Below, piece after piece: positions 33,478 to 36,344 of a stretch of 36,344 bases of DNA; the first letter of the stretch is position 1, and the number at the start of each line of letters is the position of its first letter. The translations under genes were made by a program, and so were the position numbers. The notes under the pieces were generated by a model that did not search any database, was not told where the DNA came from, and saw only the letters and a program-made list of their open reading frames with translations. This stretch comes from a virus (lineage: Duplodnaviria > Heunggongvirae > Uroviricota > Caudoviricetes), in IMG/VR virus record IMGVR_UViG_2541047905_000018. One strand, given 5' to 3'.

Positions 33478-33771
33478 ATGGTCATATTCTGTGCTTACGT
33501 TCATCCTAATGGATTTTTTATCAGCACCAACCAACAAGACGAATTCTGGATTCTACTTAGTAAGCAGGTCGGATGGGGACGATTCTGTCTAATCCGACCA
33601 GAATCAGAATTTACAGAGAATGGAGGGCTTTTTGAATTACGTGAAATACGTCCGGCAGATGGTCAAGCCCCTGACCAAGTAATCGAATCGTCAGCTGTTT
33701 TATGGCGTCGGCAGGAAGCGTTCGAAGCTGAGAGAGTAATTTCTTCTTATCTTCAGTCGTGGCAGAAGTAG
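33478..33771 (+). CDS. unknown 97-aa protein (copy B2 of the duplicated module), first ORF after pL
   Basis: GAGGG SD 5 nt upstream. Paralogue of 22581-22937. Differences between the copies in the non-overlapped part fall mainly at third codon positions. Confidence 0.65.
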   Translation: MVIFCAYVHPNGFFISTNQQDEFWILLSKQVGWGRFCLIRPESEFTENGGLFELREIRPADGQAPDQVIESSAVLWRRQEAFEAERVISSYLQSWQK

Positions 33772-34114
33772 AACTATTGATGATACGTTCAAGTTCACAG
33801 AGAGTCTCATCATGCAATCTTATTGTCATAATCCCAAGAATAGCTTTAAGACCTCCATCATCACGAATGAAATCAATTCCATCTTTAGTAATTCTTAATT
33901 CAGGAATATTTATATTTATGCCATCCAAGTAATAATCAAGAGCATTCTTAATCAAGCCATGTTCTTCGAGATAAATTAAGTTCGAAATTAGGACATTATC
34001 ATCTCCAAATGCGTCACGAACAGACTGCAACGCATCATCAGAAATTTCATAAGGATGAGCATCATACAGTATTTGTAACAACTGCCTTTGTGCACTTCTA
34101 TCAAATTTGTCCAT
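33611..34114 (-). CDS. unknown 167-aa protein, winged-helix-like N-terminal half (copy A2 of the duplicated module)
   Basis: Paralogue of 22283-22798. It is convergent with B2 and overlaps it by 161 nt. A candidate promoter TTGATA-16 nt-GATTAT ends 5 nt before the ATG, so the mRNA may be leaderless. Confidence 0.7.
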   Translation of the reverse strand: MDKFDRSAQRQLLQILYDAHPYEISDDALQSVRDAFGDDNVLISNLIYLEEHGLIKNALDYYLDGININIPELRITKDGIDFIRDDGGLKAILGIMTIRLHDETLCELERIINSSTSATTEDKKKLLSQLRTLPADAIKQLTIRLLGQGLDHLPDVFHVIQKALHSL

Positions 34115-34353
34115 CTTAAATAATCACCATGTTATTGGGGGTATCAAGATTAACCGAATCCTTGTTGTTGGGGAATAACCAGGTCCACCTCGCCTGATGT
34201 GGCTAAAAGCAGGCACATAACAGCTAAGTATTTTCAACCAGAGAGAATCCTTAGCGTTGTGGTGAATGCGGCTCAGCGCACGCGGGTTAAGGTTGAGGCT
34301 GACAGTCGACCTTCTGTGGATACCCACCCGCCTGGTGTGCAACCTTCGCCAGG

Positions 34354-34375
34354 CACCGGGAGGCACCCGGCACCA
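34354..34375 (+). repeat. 22-nt element CACCGGGAGGCACCCGGCACCA (copy 2, sense in the pL transcript)
   Basis: Exact reverse-complement match to 25168-25189. It lies about 15 nt upstream of the DicF-like sequence. Confidence 0.8.
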
Positions 34376-34438
34376 CAACAGCCACTGCTTTGGCGGTACC
34401 AGTTTGTACACTTGCTTCCGGCTGGTACCGCTCTTTTT
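34375..34438 (+). ncRNA. dicF: DicF-like small RNA with its own terminator
   Basis: TTTGGCGGTACCAGTTTGTAC matches the K-12 DicF core TTTGGCGGTATCAGTTTTAC at 18 of 20 positions. It ends in GCGGTACCAG...CTGGTACCGC followed by TCTTTTT. The synteny (repressor, pL, small ORFs, dicF) matches the Qin dicB operon. The 5' end is not determinable from sequence. Confidence 0.65.
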
Positions 34439-34527
34439 ACAAAACAGAGAAGAGCATCACCGGACGACGGGCTCATAACCCAATCCATCCGGGCGGCTGC
34501 CACCGCAGGTGTTCTTCTCTGTTTTGT
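34439..34527 (+). repeat. long inverted repeat (15-bp perfect stem ACAAAACAGAGAAGA / TCTTCTCTGTTTTGT) directly after the DicF-like terminator
   Basis: Read directly from the sequence. The arms enclose about 59 nt containing further GC hairpins. It is a candidate RNase III processing stem, which is inference. Confidence 0.6.
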
Positions 34528-34575
34528 GGAGAAACCAACCGACCTTGCAGGGTCGATATGATGAGGAGCAGCAAA

Positions 34576-34938
34576 ATGGCTAGCGAACGCAGTACTGATG
34601 TGCAGGCATTTATCGGGGAGCTGGACGGCGGCGTATTTGAAACCAAAATCGGCGCAGTTCTCAGTGAAGTCGCTTCCGGTGTGATGAACACGAAAACCAA
34701 AGGTAAGGTCTCGCTCAACCTGGAAATCGAACCGTTTGATGAGAACCGTGTGAAAATCAAACACAAACTCTCATATGTTCGCCCGACTAACCGCGGGAAA
34801 ATTTCTGAAGAAGACACCACCGAAACGCCGATGTATGTCAATCGCGGTGGTCGCCTGACTATTCTGCAGGAAGACCAGGGACAATTACTGACTCTTGCCG
34901 GTGAGCCTGACGGAAAACTCCGCGCAGCAGGTCATTAA
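34576..34938 (+). CDS. yfdP: YfdP-like protein
   Basis: 120 aa from the ATG at 34576 (GAGGAG SD 6 nt upstream). I recognise the sequence and size as CPS-53 YfdP-like, and it is followed by yfdQ and yfdR homologues. Confidence 0.7.
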   Translation: MASERSTDVQAFIGELDGGVFETKIGAVLSEVASGVMNTKTKGKVSLNLEIEPFDENRVKIKHKLSYVRPTNRGKISEEDTTETPMYVNRGGRLTILQEDQGQLLTLAGEPDGKLRAAGH

Positions 34939-35003
34939 TATCGTTCTTAATTAACTGATTATTTATCTCATCACTGAATATCTTAATATAGTGAGGACTT
35001 ATT

Positions 35004-35828
35004 ATGTCTCAGAACTTAGACGCAACCGCAATTAATCAAATCCATGCCCTTATTTCTGCTCAGGGTGTTAATGAAATTATCAGTAAGATTGGTGCCGATG
35101 CTGTGGCATTGCCTGAGAATTTCCGCATTCATGATCTGGAAAAATTTAATTTAAATCGCTTCCGTTTCCGTGGTGCGCTTTCCACTGCCAGCATCGATGA
35201 CTTTACCCGTTATTCTAAAGATCTTGCAGATGAAGGCACCCGCTGCTTTATCGATGCCGATAATATGCGAGCCATCAGTGTGCTTAACCTGGGTACTATT
35301 GATGAACCAGGTCACGCAGATAACACCGCCACTCTCAAACTGAAAAAGACAGCACCGTTCTCTGCCCTGCTGTCTGTTAATGGCGAGCGTAACTCCCAGA
35401 AGTCACTGGCAGAATGGATTGAAGACTGGGCCGACTATCTTGTGGGCTTTGATGCTAATGGTGACGCTATTAAGGCAACAAAAGCGGCTGCGGCAGTCCG
35501 TAAAATCACGATTGAAGCAAACCAGACCGCTGATTTTGAAGATAATGACTTCAGCGGCAAACGCTCTTTGATGGAGTCTGTCGAAGCGAAAACCAAAGAC
35601 ATTATGCCAGTAGCATTTGAGTTTAAATGCGTTCCGTTTGAAGGCCTGAAAGAACGTCCGTTTAAATTACGCCTCAGCATTATCACTGGTGATCGCCCTG
35701 TACTGGTTCTGCGCATTATTCAGCTGGAAGCAGTGCAGGAAGAAATGGCTAACGAATTTCGTGATCTGCTTGTTGAAAAATTCAAAGACAGCAAAGTAGA
35801 AACCTTTATTGGTACTTTCACCGCCTGA
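35004..35828 (+). CDS. yfdQ: YfdQ-like protein (DUF2303)
   Basis: 274 aa. [26 protein letters not shown]... matches my recollection of K-12 YfdQ. Confidence 0.75.
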   Translation: MSQNLDATAINQIHALISAQGVNEIISKIGADAVALPENFRIHDLEKFNLNRFRFRGALSTASIDDFTRYSKDLADEGTRCFIDADNMRAISVLNLGTIDEPGHADNTATLKLKKTAPFSALLSVNGERNSQKSLAEWIEDWADYLVGFDANGDAIKATKAAAAVRKITIEANQTADFEDNDFSGKRSLMESVEAKTKDIMPVAFEFKCVPFEGLKERPFKLRLSIITGDRPVLVLRIIQLEAVQEEMANEFRDLLVEKFKDSKVETFIGTFTA

Positions 35829-35956
35829 TTTCATTACTGCAAATGCCCCTGCGGGGGCATTTATGGAAACGTAATTAACTCAATAATCGCCGGATGGTGC
35901 GGGATTCCTTTTACCCGAATTCAGCGCGGTGCAGCGCATATAAAGTGGAGAACGAA

Positions 35957-36035
35957 ATGTCATTTATTAAAACTTTTTCCGGGAAGCATTTTTATTATGA
36001 CAAGATAAATAAAGACGACATCGTGATTAACGATA
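35957..36035 (+). pseudogene. yfdR: yfdR-like (HD-domain 5'-nucleotidase) gene interrupted after codon 26 by IS629
   Basis: MSFIKTFSGKHFYYDKINKDDIVIND matches the YfdR N-terminus. The reading frame then runs straight into the IS inverted repeat. Confidence 0.75.
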
Positions 36036-36344
36036 TGAACCGCCCCGGGAATCCTGGAGACTAAACTTCCTGAGAAAGAGGTAAACAGGATGACTAAAAA
36101 TACTCGTTTTTCCCCCGAAGTCCGTCAACGGGCAGTCCGTATGGTTCTGGAAAGTCAGAGCGAATATGACTCACAATGGGCGACAATTTGTTCCATTGCT
36201 CCAAAGATTGGCTGTACGCCGGAGACTCTGCGTGTCTGGGTTCGCCAGCATGAGCGGGATACCGGGGGCGGTGATGGAGGGCTCACCACCGCTGAACGTC
36301 AGCGTCTGAAAGAGCTGGAACGTGAAAATCGTGAACTGCGCCGC
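36036..36344 (+). mobile_element. IS629 (IS3 family), left end, continuing beyond the window
   Basis: Starts with TGAACCGCCCCGGGAATCCTGGAGAC (IS629 IRL as I remember it), followed by orfA. Confidence 0.85.
36090..36344 (+). CDS. IS629 OrfA (transposase N-terminal HTH protein), partial
   Basis: [85 protein letters not shown]. The frame is open to the window end. Confidence 0.9.
   Translation, partial: MTKNTRFSPEVRQRAVRMVLESQSEYDSQWATICSIAPKIGCTPETLRVWVRQHERDTGGGDGGLTTAERQRLKELERENRELRR

Noticed and set aside
34156-34264. Direct repeat GAATCCTTnnnGTTG(T)GG at 34156 and 34245, upstream of A2, as a possible A2 operator
   Set aside because: There are only two imperfect copies and no counterpart upstream of A1, so the evidence is too weak to report as a site.
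33245-34575. Search for an N-like (Arg-rich) antiterminator and boxA/boxB nut sites after pL
   Set aside because: No small basic ORF is present. The CCGGG-aggca-CCCGG hairpin is boxB-sized, but without an N gene I cannot call it nut. It is reported as a repeat finding instead.
34124-34841. Several 70-163-aa ORFs on both strands across the DicF-like region
   Set aside because: They are mutually overlapping, lack SD sequences and run through the sRNA, its terminator and the long inverted repeat. The only convincing gene is yfdP-like, from the ATG at 34576.

Overview
Nearly the whole window is one lambdoid, Stx-phage-like prophage of Escherichia coli, lying with its late operon on the minus strand. 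The left junction is at about nt 289, inside the host gene mlrA (yehV): the first 22 codons of mlrA are intact and then run into phage DNA. From left to right the window holds: (1) an SOS-boxed dinI-like moron; (2) two small unknown genes; (3) a lambda-type tail module (tail fibre, lom, J, I, K, L, M, H, G/G-T with an A_AAA_AAG slippery site, V); (4) an HK97-type head and packaging module (tail terminator, gp10-like, head-tail joining, gp6-like connector, major capsid, prohead protease, portal, TerL, P27-type TerS, HNH endonuclease); (5) a phage-21/933W-type lysis cassette (dual-start pinholin, DUF1327, SAR endolysin, Rz with embedded Rz1); (6) three tRNA genes (CAU, Arg-UCG, Arg-UCU); (7) a DNA methylase remnant; (8) Q with an intrinsic terminator about 70 nt downstream; (9) a nin-like region (DUF968, KilA-N/Roi-like, RusA, a LexA DNA-binding-domain-only protein, a PerC/Pch-like protein); (10) an iteron-bearing replication initiator and Rha; (11) a DicC-like Cro / CI (S24) immunity region with a three-site operator; (12) a pL operon with a DicF-like sRNA and yfdP/yfdQ/yfdR homologues, the last cut by IS629, which runs off the right end. 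No stx genes, no N-like antiterminator and no integrase are visible in the window. The most unusual feature is a two-gene module present twice as diverged paralogues. Each copy has a roughly 170-aa winged-helix-like protein convergent with, and overlapping antisense at its 3' end, a small protein of about 80-118 aa. One copy sits between HNH and terS. The other is the first unit after pL, beside the repressor. The codon register of the antisense overlap is the same in both copies. Other items worth a second look are a 22-nt exact repeat present in both lytic transcripts, a highly structured terminator-containing leader in front of rha and the replication gene, palindromes inside the Roi-like gene, and an uncleavable LexA-like protein. 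All homology statements come from reading the translations by eye, because no database search could be run.
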